DNA of 15,941 nucleotides from Pseudomonadota bacterium (GCA_043767805.1 JAYUGC010000047.1:1-15941); one strand, 5' to 3'; counted from the stretch's first letter, positions 1-9,176 are shown. Translations and numbers: made by a program. Notes: generated from the sequence alone by a model not told the origin.

Positions 1-276
1 GCGTCGCGCGGGCGGGTCGGAGTGCATAGCGGTATCGACGGCAAAGTCATTCTCGAAGCGCGCGGGCAGAGCGCTGACTCTCGCTTCGGCACGAGTGTCG
101 GCGCAATCGCGGGCGGTCGGTCTGGCCGTACCTTTTTCCTCGTCGGCGAGACGCTCGAAACGGCAAAGGGAAGGCAGGGTTTGGTGCGCCGTTTTCCGGC
201 ACCGTTACAGCCGAAATCCCACGCCGGCTTGCAAGCCAAGCGAGTCGTTGTTCCTGAGCTCGAAGGCGGTCGATAG
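1..276 (+). CDS. FG-GAP/integrin-alpha-like beta-propeller repeat protein, 3' end only (5' part outside window)
   Basis: Frame 1 is open from base 1 to the TAG at 274-276. The translation GRVGVHSGIDGKVILEARGQSADSRFGTSVGAI...FLVGE...GLVRRF fits the bacterial FG-GAP repeat pattern (GRVxVxSGxDG...G....RFGxSV...xLVG). It overlaps the convergent gene by 72 bp. Confidence 0.6.
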   Translation, partial: ASRGRVGVHSGIDGKVILEARGQSADSRFGTSVGAIAGGRSGRTFFLVGETLETAKGRQGLVRRFPAPLQPKSHAGLQAKRVVVPELEGGR

Positions 277-1566
277 CCGCGACTCGGCCAGGTAGAGGCC
301 GATTTTTAGTTGAGAGCTTTGGCCCAAGAGAAAGCGCGTGTAGAGCCTTCCCAGAAACTGAATGCCCGAGGATACGGTCTGGGTGTCAGTCGATTTACCG
401 AGCAGGTAACCGAGCTCCCCTTCGATCCCAAGTCCGCCCTTGGGCCATTGGGCGATCTCGGCCCCGCCCTGAAGGCTCAGCTTCGGCAGAAAGACGTTGT
501 CGACGGTAAGCTCGGTCAGGCCCGTCGAGCGGAGCAAAACTTCCCGGGCCAGGCCCATCTCGAGCGCGACGGAGACCCGCTGGGTTTCGCCAAAATAAGC
601 TCGCAGGCCGAGACCCAAATCGAGATCCAGCTGAGAGGCGCCGACGAGCGTTCGATTGGACGGCGCGAGTAGGCTCACCAAGGCGGCGTCCACGGCGGTG
701 AAGATCTCCCAGCTTTTGGAGAGTCCCAGCGCGAAGTTCAGGCGGAACGCGGGAGAAAGGGTGGAAGCGAGGTTCGCTTGAGCGCCGGAGGCGCGATCTT
801 GCGACACGGAGCTCAGCATGGCTAATCCGGTCGCCAGCCAAAGGCGCGTCTCGGAGCTATCCCGTGCGGAAAATTTTGCGCGCGTGCTGACGGCGGCGGG
901 GGCGCGGGGTGAATCCCCAAGCCGGGCCGAGAGTAAATTCCGCACGTCGTCGCTCCGCGCTTTTTCGAGGAGAGCTTCGAGCTCTCCCCGCCGGTTTAAA
1001 GCATTTACGATCGCTTTCGCGTGCGGAAGGAGCTTCGCCGTTTGATCGCCGGAATTTTCGCGTGAGCCGAGAGTCACCAGTCCGTCCAAGGCGAGTAGCG
1101 CGCCCGGTTTGTCTTCCAGCGCTAGGGCGTTTCGGTAGGAGAGGGTGAGAATTTGAACCGCTTGCTGCGGCATCGTTTCCATCACGGGGGAAGGAAGCTT
1201 CTCGAGCAGGAGCCGGACGGCTTTGTGGCGCTGGTTGGCGAATTCCGCGCGGGCTAGCCCGAAGAGCGCTTCGTTCGTTTGATCGGACTTCGGGAAACGG
1301 TGGACCACCGTGAAGAACTCGTTTTTCGCCGCCGTAATGTCCCGTTTCTCTAGAAAAAGATTACCCAAGGCAATGCGGGCGAGCCGCTCGGGCTTTTGAT
1401 CGGCGTATTGCTCTTTGATGGCCTGGTAGGCGCGGATCGCCCCTTCCTGATCCCCTTGGCGCGCCAAGGCCGCGGCCTCCGCGAGCTCGCTATCCGAGCT
1501 GGCCCAGGCGGTGATGCCCGTAAGCAGGGCTGTGAAGAGCAGAATGAGGCGTACGGGCTTGGTCAC
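205..1566 (-). CDS. Exported protein with N-terminal TPR repeats (BamD/CpoB/LpoA-N-like) and a C-terminal outer-membrane beta-barrel-like domain
   Basis: 453-aa ORF with a GTG start and a signal peptide (MTKPVRLILLFTALLTGITAWA). TPR-like helices include AIRAYQAIKEQY, ARIALGNLFL and RFPKSDQTNEALFGLARAEF. An Ala/Pro linker leads to about 200 aa of alternating amphipathic strands ending in LGLQAGVGFRL (beta-signal-like). Confidence 0.7.
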   Translation of the reverse strand: MTKPVRLILLFTALLTGITAWASSDSELAEAAALARQGDQEGAIRAYQAIKEQYADQKPERLARIALGNLFLEKRDITAAKNEFFTVVHRFPKSDQTNEALFGLARAEFANQRHKAVRLLLEKLPSPVMETMPQQAVQILTLSYRNALALEDKPGALLALDGLVTLGSRENSGDQTAKLLPHAKAIVNALNRRGELEALLEKARSDDVRNLLSARLGDSPRAPAAVSTRAKFSARDSSETRLWLATGLAMLSSVSQDRASGAQANLASTLSPAFRLNFALGLSKSWEIFTAVDAALVSLLAPSNRTLVGASQLDLDLGLGLRAYFGETQRVSVALEMGLAREVLLRSTGLTELTVDNVFLPKLSLQGGAEIAQWPKGGLGIEGELGYLLGKSTDTQTVSSGIQFLGRLYTRFLLGQSSQLKIGLYLAESRLSTAFELRNNDSLGLQAGVGFRL

Positions 1567-1574
1567 TTAAGGAA

Positions 1575-1583
1575 AGAATACCA
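1575..1583 (-). promoter_or_regulatory. Putative extended -10 element (TGgTATTCT) 8 nt before the GTG start
   Basis: The minus strand reads TGGTATTCTttccttaaGTG, with no Shine-Dalgarno. Confidence 0.4.
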
Positions 1584-1766
1584 TCAGGCTGCGCGCGCGC
1601 CTCACCGCACGGCGCTGGGTGCCGCCTCCGAGTTTACTCCGGGGTAAAGAATCCCCCACTTTCCTGACAAAAGAGGAAAAGGAACACTTCAGCCGAATCG
1701 ATATAACGCGTCGCGTGAATCGGGTTTGGTTATCTGATTCTCAAAACCCTTTATGGAGATTTCCCA

Positions 1767-2975
1767 ATGAAAACTTTTCTTACTCTCATGGCGTTAGTCA
1801 TGGGAATGCAAACTGCTCTCGGCGCCCCGCTCGCGATTTCGAAAGCCAATAACGACTTCGGAGCGAGCCTTCTGAAAATCAACAAGCCCACGGCCGGCAA
1901 GAACGTGCTCTTGTCGCCCGTTTCCGCTTTCACCGCGCTTTCCATGGTGAACGCCGGTGCGTTCGGCACGACCAGCAGTGAGATCCAAAAGGTCCTTCAG
2001 GCTGCGAGCCTCACTCAGGGCGCGCTGAACAGCGCGAACTCGGAGCTCCTCAGAGCTTTGAACAACGCCGATACCGTGCAAGTCGAGATCGCGAACTCCC
2101 TTTGGGTTCGCAGCGGCTTAAAGCTCGACCAGGACTACGAGAGCAAAATCTCGCTCAACTACCGCGGCGTCGTCCGCTCCGAGAAATTCGACGACCCGAA
2201 GACCGTCACGATGATTAACGAATGGGCCGAGAACAAGACCCACGGTAAGATCACCAAGATCCTCGATCAAATCCCCGTCGACACGCGCGCGATGCTTATC
2301 AATGCGACCTACTTCCAGGGCAATTGGCTGAACGAATTCGTTCCGGTCACTGGCACCGGCGACTTCACGACGGCCGAAGGCTCCGTGGTTAAGGCCAATT
2401 TCATGCAGGATGTCGGCACGTACCAGCACATGCGGCGGGACGGCATGGAAGTCATCAAGTTGCCCTACCGCCAAGTGAAAACCGTCGGTAAATACGACCA
2501 AGTTTCCGTTAGCCCCTATCACATGATGATCGTCCTCCCGGACACGGACAGCACTTTGGGCAAGGTCGTCACCGACCTCAGTGACGATAAACTGACCGAG
2601 ATCCACGGTCAGCTCACCGCGGAATATGGCAGCGTCACTTTACCTAAGTTTTCCTTCAACGCGGATCTCGCGCTGAAAGAGATGCTCATCAACTTAGGGA
2701 TGCGCGTCGCGTTCACCGACGCCTCGGATCTGTCGGGAATCGTCGCCAATGAGCGGCTGAAAATCGGAGACGCCAAGCAATCCGCTTTCATCAAGGTCGA
2801 TGAAAAAGGCACCGAAGCGGCTGCCGTCACCGTGATCTCCGCGGTACCGGCCGGTATCGCGCCGAAAATACAGTTCGAGATGAAGGTGGATCGTCCCTTC
2901 CTCTTCGTCATTCAAGACGACGCGACGGGCGCAGTCTTGTTCTTTGGCGAAGTGAATAATCCCCTCGCCAAGTAA
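1767..2975 (+). CDS. Secreted serpin (serine protease inhibitor, MEROPS I4)
   Basis: 402 aa with a signal peptide and a GGAG RBS. Serpin motifs: NVLLSPVS, ANSLW, INEWAENKTHGKI, LINATYFQGNW, LPKF, hinge VDEKGTEAAAVT and signature VDRPFLFVI...LFFGEVNNP. Confidence 0.97.
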   Translation: MKTFLTLMALVMGMQTALGAPLAISKANNDFGASLLKINKPTAGKNVLLSPVSAFTALSMVNAGAFGTTSSEIQKVLQAASLTQGALNSANSELLRALNNADTVQVEIANSLWVRSGLKLDQDYESKISLNYRGVVRSEKFDDPKTVTMINEWAENKTHGKITKILDQIPVDTRAMLINATYFQGNWLNEFVPVTGTGDFTTAEGSVVKANFMQDVGTYQHMRRDGMEVIKLPYRQVKTVGKYDQVSVSPYHMMIVLPDTDSTLGKVVTDLSDDKLTEIHGQLTAEYGSVTLPKFSFNADLALKEMLINLGMRVAFTDASDLSGIVANERLKIGDAKQSAFIKVDEKGTEAAAVTVISAVPAGIAPKIQFEMKVDRPFLFVIQDDATGAVLFFGEVNNPLAK

Positions 2976-2982
2976 TCCCAGG

Positions 2983-3020
2983 ACGCCCGGGTGGAGATCC
3001 CCCTTCACCCGGGCGTTTCC
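2983..3020 (+). terminator. Probable intrinsic terminator after the serpin
   Basis: Perfect 11-bp stem ACGCCCGGGTG (2983-2993) / CACCCGGGCGT (3006-3016) starting 8 nt after the stop and followed by T/A-rich sequence. The U-tract is short. Confidence 0.7.
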
Positions 3021-3069
3021 ATATTTACATTTCAATCATTAATATTGTTTACAATCGGGTAAGGTATTT

Positions 3070-3078
3070 TGGTATAAG
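3070..3078 (+). promoter_or_regulatory. Putative extended -10 element (TGgTATAAG) 6 nt before the ATG at 3085
   Basis: Lies in an AT-rich intergenic stretch and reads TGGTATAAGcccccgATG, with TTTACA upstream at 3048-3053. No SD. The last base of the hexamer is non-consensus. Confidence 0.35.
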
Positions 3079-3084
3079 CCCCCG

Positions 3085-3891
3085 ATGCGAATCTTCGAGT
3101 TCGATGACTACAAGAAATTCGTGAACGCCCGGACTCAAGCGTTGCCCAACCGCGGCCGTGGGCAGTTTCAGAAGATCGCGCTGCACTTGCGGACACACTC
3201 GACCTTGGTCAGCCAGGTCTTCAGCGGAGAGCGGCACCTGACTCTCGAACAGGGAGTGGAACTCGCCGAGTATCTTGGGCTCAATCAGCTCGAATCGGAC
3301 TACTTTTTGAACCTGGTCTCAGAAGAACGGGCCGCCAGCGTGAAGCTGAAGGCGGCCATAAAACGGCAGCGACAAAAATTGTTACAGCAGGCGAAGGCGC
3401 TTTCTTCCCACTTCCCCAAGGGGAAGTCGCTCAGCGATGGAGAGCAGGCGATCTATTATTCCCAGTGGTACTACAGCGCCATTCTGCTACTGACTCAAAT
3501 CCCCGGGTTCCACACTGCGGAGGCTATCGCCAGGCAGCTCGGCCTCACCCTTACGAACGCGCGCCAGGCCATCGATTTTCTTTTGCGGGTCGGGTTGGTC
3601 TCGGAGAAGGCCGGCAAGCTGAAGTGCGAGCAAACCTGGATGATCGTGTCTCGTCATTCTCCGCACGTACTCAGGCACCATACCAATTGGCGTTTAAAGG
3701 CTTTGGAGTGCCTTCCCACCCTCGATGACGACGAGCTGGCCCTCACGGGTCCGGTTACGCTATCCAAAGCAGATTGCGCGAAAGTGAAGCGTTTGATCGA
3801 GCGCCTTTCCGCCGAGGTGAGTAAAGTCGTCGAAGACTCGCCCGAAGAGACCTTGATGTGTCTCAATATTGATTTCTTTCGCCCCCGCTAA
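3085..3891 (+). CDS. TIGR02147 family / DUF4423 protein (N-terminal HTH, probable DNA-binding regulator)
   Basis: 268 aa. Family-typical segments: IFEFDDYKKFV, an HTH (QKIALHLRTHSTLVSQVFSGERHLT), ESDYFLNLV, YYSQWYYSAI, HHTNWRLKA and C-terminal LMCLNIDFF. Confidence 0.88.
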   Translation: MRIFEFDDYKKFVNARTQALPNRGRGQFQKIALHLRTHSTLVSQVFSGERHLTLEQGVELAEYLGLNQLESDYFLNLVSEERAASVKLKAAIKRQRQKLLQQAKALSSHFPKGKSLSDGEQAIYYSQWYYSAILLLTQIPGFHTAEAIARQLGLTLTNARQAIDFLLRVGLVSEKAGKLKCEQTWMIVSRHSPHVLRHHTNWRLKALECLPTLDDDELALTGPVTLSKADCAKVKRLIERLSAEVSKVVEDSPEETLMCLNIDFFRPR

Positions 3892-5531
3892 GGCGACTGG
3901 AATTCGTCCTCGACGAGGTGCCACCGGCGCTCTAACTCGTTCCATTCTTCCCGGTCCTTCTCGTTGAGAATCAGATTCACCGGTTTTAGGCTTTCCCTCA
4001 AGGAGAGGTATTTGGCGGCGACTTCTTTATAGGTCGGATTCAGCAAAAAGACCGTGAGTCCCTCAGAGCGGGCGTCATTGTGCAGCCCCATGAACTCAAA
4101 ATAGAGATCTCGCAGCGGCTTTTCTAGCGCGTCCTCCAGGATCTTGGCTGCGCCTGCGTCGTACCGTTCGGGGAGCTTGTAAGAGAAGGCCTTTCTTACT
4201 TTGTCCAGCTGAGTGTCGAAGTGCTTTAAGGGTGTCTTGAAATCTCTAGTGAAGGGGGCGGCTTCCGCGCTGAAGAAGTTCATCGTTTCCCAATTCTGGG
4301 GGCCGCTCGCGTGGATCGCTAGTCGTCCGCCTAGCTCGACGTCCACGGAGACTAGATCCGAACCGCCGTCGTCGCGACGAACCTTGGTGTACGTCCTTCC
4401 ATCGACTCGGTAGAGGTACGCGCACATCGTGCCGTTCTCACGCACGGGAAAAGTGCGGTAGAAAATGCGCTCTCCTCCTGAATTGCAATGCTCGATGGTG
4501 TTATAGAAGCGCCGGTCGGAACTGTTTTTGTTCAAGGCCATGGTGAACTGATGTTTTTCCGTGCCGTCGAGAATCGTAAAGATCGCTTTTGGCTTATCGA
4601 GGATGACACTGACGCGGTAGTCGTCGGATACCGAATGGCCCAGCCAGCGTTCGATAATGCCGCGCGTGGTGTCGTTACGGTAAGCGCGGAAAAGCCGTCG
4701 CTTGCAGCTGATGGGACTATCCGGATCGCCCGAAAAAAGTTGAGCGCCAATACAGGAGTAAAGCTGTTCGCGCCAATCGATTGCGACTTTCGTGGGAAAC
4801 GTGTTCTGGGGATCCTTGGCGTGGCCGAAGGCATAGGTCGCATGATTGAAAAGATCGATGGCGGACGCCGTCATCACGGTGTCGGGCAAGTGGCCGTTTC
4901 CGTTAACGTGGCCGAGCTCGTGCAGAAGAGTGAGGAGGAGATGCTCTTTCTCAAAGGGAGCCTTTTGAAAGCTCGGGATGCGTTTCGGATGGGCAAGCCA
5001 GATCGTTCCTTTTTGCCAGCCCGAGGCGGGCTTTCCGGAGGCTTCCGCGAACGCGAGCGGATCGTTCAGCCGCTTTTTTGCGCGGGCGACTTCAAGGTTA
5101 TCCACGCCGAAGAGGAACCTAAGGTCCGTCGTCTCGTCGCACTTGGTTTGGGGCTCGTATTTGGTCGTTATGACTCCATAGCTGTCTTGAGTCCAGGACT
5201 CGTTAATGTCGTTGTCGGAGAGGTAATCCGCCCAAGTTTGGATTGCTTCGGCGACCCCCGCGCGGACGACCGGCTCGGAGAGGGGGAAGCTGGGATCGAT
5301 TTCGACGCAATAATGGACGGTGCGCTCGCCGAGAAACCAGGCGGAGCCCGTATAGGAATCCAGGAGATCATCGCCACCGATGGATCCGCCGCCCGTGAGG
5401 TAAGGAGCTTCGTCTTCCGGCGTCGGGGAAAGGGCTTCGGGATTCTTGGCGCACCGAGTGAGTAGGGCGCAGGTCAGCAAGGCTAGAAAAAGGGAAACCT
5501 GCTTTGAAAGTCGGAGACGACCCACGTCCAC
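3888..5531 (-). CDS. Probable lipoprotein zinc metalloprotease, metzincin clan (matrixin-like), with an unknown C-terminal region
   Basis: 547 aa with a hydrophobic leader and a candidate lipobox Cys (LLTRC). The HExxHxxGxxH motif is HELGHVNGNGH (4890-4922), followed by a Met-turn (DTVMT). The start codon is uncertain. Confidence 0.75.
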   Translation of the reverse strand: MDVGRLRLSKQVSLFLALLTCALLTRCAKNPEALSPTPEDEAPYLTGGGSIGGDDLLDSYTGSAWFLGERTVHYCVEIDPSFPLSEPVVRAGVAEAIQTWADYLSDNDINESWTQDSYGVITTKYEPQTKCDETTDLRFLFGVDNLEVARAKKRLNDPLAFAEASGKPASGWQKGTIWLAHPKRIPSFQKAPFEKEHLLLTLLHELGHVNGNGHLPDTVMTASAIDLFNHATYAFGHAKDPQNTFPTKVAIDWREQLYSCIGAQLFSGDPDSPISCKRRLFRAYRNDTTRGIIERWLGHSVSDDYRVSVILDKPKAIFTILDGTEKHQFTMALNKNSSDRRFYNTIEHCNSGGERIFYRTFPVRENGTMCAYLYRVDGRTYTKVRRDDGGSDLVSVDVELGGRLAIHASGPQNWETMNFFSAEAAPFTRDFKTPLKHFDTQLDKVRKAFSYKLPERYDAGAAKILEDALEKPLRDLYFEFMGLHNDARSEGLTVFLLNPTYKEVAAKYLSLRESLKPVNLILNEKDREEWNELERRWHLVEDEFQSP

Positions 5532-5714
5532 ATCCCTGCCCGAAATAGAGTGAAGACGGATGAGTTAGCGGATTTGCCAGTGCCGAATCAACGGGGGGAA
5601 ATTAAGTGCCGACAATTCCAGACTTAAAATCGAAAATTTCGGGGGGCAAACGTCGTAAATTTGAGGGTTTTTGGTCGACTTGCTGGCGGACGAGTGCCAA
5701 AGTAAGGGCTCTGA

Positions 5715-8700
5715 ATGACTGAACGGCGTCCTCCTACGGGCCCTCGTCGACGTCGGCACCGCCGCGGAAGACGACCCGGCCCTCCAGGTTCCCAACCACC
5801 CTTCGCCAACGCGAACGGTGAAGCTCCCCAGGGCGAAGTTCCGCCGACCGAAGGCGCGCCCCTCCAGGAGGACGGCGGCACCCGGCGCGACGCCGGAGGC
5901 GGCGGGGGCGGTAGACACAATAACCAACGGCATGGCGGCGGCCGTCGTCCCTCTCGTCACCCGGTAAATCCGGCAGGACTCGAACAACGTTGCGTGCGCC
6001 AGTTTCCGCGCGTCGCCCTCATTCGGGGCCGCCAGTACTTTCAGGCTGGGCACGTGTCCGACGCTACCCAAATGGGCGATGTTTTCTCACTCACGGTCCA
6101 TGGCCGCGGGGAGCGGTACGACATTTGGATCGATTTTTCGCAGACCGGCAAGACAGGGGCGGTCGAAGTCCGTTGCAGCTGTCCTTTTTACGCTCAAGGG
6201 GGCCTTTGTAAGCACCTCTGGGCATCGGTGATTAAGCTCGAGCGCTCGGGGCTTTCGGAAAAAGTGCCGGGAACTGGTCCGCTTCGTCTCATTCACGAAG
6301 GAGCGCAACCCGTCCGGGCGATGGAAGGGCGCGGTCCGGTGCCTCAGGCGGCGCCCCGCTCTGGCCTTTCGCCAGGACCGACCGCTTGGCTTGAACGGCT
6401 CGATCAGATCCAAGGTAAAGCCGCGCGCGGCGCGACCGGCTTTGGGAACTTGGTAGCCGCCTATGTGATTCATGCGGCCGAAACGGTCGCGACCGGCTCT
6501 CTCGTCCTCGATTTCTGGCCTCAGCGCCGAGGTCCGGCGGGCGATAACGGCCCGCTCAGGCCGAGTCAGGTTCCCAAGCCCGACTCCGCGCTTTTTGCCG
6601 ACCCGCGCGATGAAGAGATGGTCTCGCTCCTCTGTCGCACCGGAGCTCCGAAAATCGCGACTTCGTTTGGCAGTCCTTGCACGCGTTTCACCGTCGATCC
6701 CATTCTGGAAACGCAGGTGCTCACTACTTTGGCCGGAGCCGGAAAAGTTTATCTCTCTCGCTCTCCGAATGGCTCACCCGATAATGCCGACCGCCCTTTG
6801 CGGCTCGACCGGGGAAAACCGTGGGATCTCGAGCTCCAGGTGGAAGCCGCGAGCGGAAGCTTCCGCGTGACCGGCAGTCTCAAGCGAGACGACGAGAGTA
6901 AGGCCCTTACGGATCCGGCGTGCGTACTGCGATCTGGACTCCTGGTGGGCGAGCGCATTGGCCGACTCGCGGAAGCGCGCCACGCGGCCTGGCTCGCGAG
7001 TTTACGCGCGGGCGAGCTAATCGTGCCCCAAGACCAGGGTGACTTGCTCTTAAAGCGCATTCTCACGGACTCGACCGCTCCCAAAGTGACTTGGCCCGAC
7101 GGCATGGGGTGGAAACGCCTCATGATCACGCCGGTCGCCAAAGGCGTTTTCCGTCCGCTCGGCAACGATCCGTCGACCGGCCGCATGTCGATGACGGTGA
7201 GCTTTGATTACGGCGGCCACGACATTTCGCTGGCCGATCAGTCGGAAAGCATCCTCGATATCGAGAGCCACCAGGTCTATTCCCGTAACCGCGCCTTCGA
7301 AGAGGCCGCTCTGACTCAGGCCTTCGAGATTTTGCGCGATCAGGCAGGCACTGTGCCTGTCGGCGATTTGGTGCGCTCGGCGACGGCGCTCAGCACGGCC
7401 GGCTGGCTCGTCTTCATCGAGAACCATCGGGTCATTGCCGCCGACGATTTCGCTCTGAACGTTACCTCCAGCACGGACTGGTTCGAAGTCAGTCCCGAGG
7501 CAACGTTTGACGGCAGCCGCCTTCGCCGGGAAGAGATTCTCGCGGCCCTCGAAGCAAAGAGCTCTTTTGTCCGTCTCGATGACGGCACCTTGGGACTTTT
7601 GCCTGAAGAATGGTTCGCGCGCTATGCGACCTTGCGTGATCTCAGCGAGAAGAACGACGACGGCTCGCTCCGTTTTGGAAAGGCCCAGGGCCTTTTGCTC
7701 GATGCCGCACTCGGCGACGACGAGAACGTGCGTGGCGACAAAGGCTTCATGGCCTATCGCGATCGCATTCTGGAGTTCGACCTCGCGAAAACCGCCAAGG
7801 CCCCTCTCGGCTTCAAGGGCAAGCTTCGCAACTATCAGAAAGAGGGGCTCACCTGGCTCCGGTTTCTGAAAGAGTTCGAGTCCGGCGGCATTCTCGCCGA
7901 CGACATGGGTCTTGGTAAGACGATTCAGGTCCTCGCTTTTCTCCTGTCCCGGCGCAAGGAAACGAAACTTCCGAGCCTCGTGGTCGCGCCGAAGAGTTTG
8001 GTGTTCAACTGGATAGACGAGGCCAATAAGTTCGCGCCCACTTTGAACGTCGTTCGTTACGCGGGGGATGGCCGCCAGAAGTTCGCGCAGGAAATCAAGA
8101 ATGCCGACCTCGTGGTCACGACCTACGGCACGCTGCGCACGGACATCGAGATTTTGCGCACCCAAGAGTTCGACGTCGCGATTATTGACGAAGCGCAGTT
8201 CATCAAGAACCCGAAAGCCTTGGCTTCGATTGCGTGTAAGCAGCTGAGCGCGGTTCATCGCCTGGCGCTGACCGGCACGCCGATTGAGAACTCGGTTCGT
8301 GACCTCATGTCGATTTTGGAGTTCACGAACCCTGGTCTTCTCCACATTCCTTCCGCGGAAGGTCTGTCGGACGACGTGCAGGGCACGCTCGCGCGCCTAC
8401 TTCGTCCGTTCATGCTTCGGCGCACGAAAGAGGCGGTTCTTACCGAGCTTCCGGAAAAGTCCGAGCAGGTTCTCTTCTGCGAAATGAGCCCCGAGGAAGC
8501 GGAGTACTACGCGGTCGTGCGCGACCGGTACCGCGATTCCATCGAGAAATCGGTCAAGACTCAGGGGCTTGCGAAATCGAAGCTCCACGTGCTCGAGGCG
8601 CTCTTGCGGTTACGGCAGGCGTCTTGTCACGCGGGTCTCATCGACGAGAAGAAACAATCGGAGCCGAGCGCGAAGCTGGAGCTACTTCTCACGCAGCTGC

Positions 8701-9176
8701 GCGAAGTGATCGCCGAGGGGCACAAGGCACTCGTCTTCTCGCAGTTCACGAGCCTGCTGGCCATCGTGAAGCAGAATCTCGACGCCGAAAAGATTACGTA
8801 TGAGTATCTCGACGGGCAGACTCAAGATCGCAAGACGCCCGTCGAGCGTTTTCAGACGGACCCTTCCGTTCCCGTTTTCCTAATCAGTCTCAAAGCGGGC
8901 GGCACCGGCCTCAATCTGACGGCGGCGGGCTACGTCTTCATTCTGGATCCGTGGTGGAATCCGGCCGTCGAAGCGCAGGCCATCAGCCGCGCGCACCGCA
9001 TGGGTCAGGCGCAGAAGGTATTTGCTTACCGCATGGTCACGCGGGGCACGGTGGAAGAGAAGATCCTGAGCCTTCAAAAGAAAAAGAAGGATCTCGCGGA
9101 GTCGATCATCTCGGAAGATACCGACTTCATGAAGAAGCTTTCTCGCGAGGACCTTCAGGCTCTGCTCGAGCCTTAG
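5715..9176 (+). CDS. SWIM zinc-finger / SNF2-family (Swi2/Snf2) helicase-like ATPase
   Basis: 1153 aa. SWIM finger CSCPF...LCKH; SNF2 motifs LRNYQKEG, GILADDMGLGKT (Walker A), IIDEAQ (Walker B), LTGTPIEN, LRRTK, LVFSQF, LDG, SLKAGGTGLNL, DPWWNP and QAISRAHRMGQ. Confidence 0.96.
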   Translation: MTERRPPTGPRRRRHRRGRRPGPPGSQPPFANANGEAPQGEVPPTEGAPLQEDGGTRRDAGGGGGGRHNNQRHGGGRRPSRHPVNPAGLEQRCVRQFPRVALIRGRQYFQAGHVSDATQMGDVFSLTVHGRGERYDIWIDFSQTGKTGAVEVRCSCPFYAQGGLCKHLWASVIKLERSGLSEKVPGTGPLRLIHEGAQPVRAMEGRGPVPQAAPRSGLSPGPTAWLERLDQIQGKAARGATGFGNLVAAYVIHAAETVATGSLVLDFWPQRRGPAGDNGPLRPSQVPKPDSALFADPRDEEMVSLLCRTGAPKIATSFGSPCTRFTVDPILETQVLTTLAGAGKVYLSRSPNGSPDNADRPLRLDRGKPWDLELQVEAASGSFRVTGSLKRDDESKALTDPACVLRSGLLVGERIGRLAEARHAAWLASLRAGELIVPQDQGDLLLKRILTDSTAPKVTWPDGMGWKRLMITPVAKGVFRPLGNDPSTGRMSMTVSFDYGGHDISLADQSESILDIESHQVYSRNRAFEEAALTQAFEILRDQAGTVPVGDLVRSATALSTAGWLVFIENHRVIAADDFALNVTSSTDWFEVSPEATFDGSRLRREEILAALEAKSSFVRLDDGTLGLLPEEWFARYATLRDLSEKNDDGSLRFGKAQGLLLDAALGDDENVRGDKGFMAYRDRILEFDLAKTAKAPLGFKGKLRNYQKEGLTWLRFLKEFESGGILADDMGLGKTIQVLAFLLSRRKETKLPSLVVAPKSLVFNWIDEANKFAPTLNVVRYAGDGRQKFAQEIKNADLVVTTYGTLRTDIEILRTQEFDVAIIDEAQFIKNPKALASIACKQLSAVHRLALTGTPIENSVRDLMSILEFTNPGLLHIPSAEGLSDDVQGTLARLLRPFMLRRTKEAVLTELPEKSEQVLFCEMSPEEAEYYAVVRDRYRDSIEKSVKTQGLAKSKLHVLEALLRLRQASCHAGLIDEKKQSEPSAKLELLLTQLREVIAEGHKALVFSQFTSLLAIVKQNLDAEKITYEYLDGQTQDRKTPVERFQTDPSVPVFLISLKAGGTGLNLTAAGYVFILDPWWNPAVEAQAISRAHRMGQAQKVFAYRMVTRGTVEEKILSLQKKKKDLAESIISEDTDFMKKLSREDLQALLEP

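Noticed and set aside
1660..1749. Short inverted repeats TTTCCT/AGGAAA and GGGTTT/AAACCC upstream of the serpin
   Set aside because: 6-bp arms are too weak to call.
4488..5465. 325-aa + strand ORF
   Set aside because: Antisense shadow of the metzincin gene with no recognisable motifs; expected from GC-rich codon bias.
5579..5700. Repeated AGTGCCGA/AGTGCCAA and a FliA-like TCAA-N16-GCCGACAA upstream of SNF2
   Set aside because: Short, irregularly spaced, and one base off the sigma28 spacing; cannot be distinguished from chance.
7050..8345. 431-aa - strand ORF
   Set aside because: Antisense shadow of the conserved SNF2 ATPase core.
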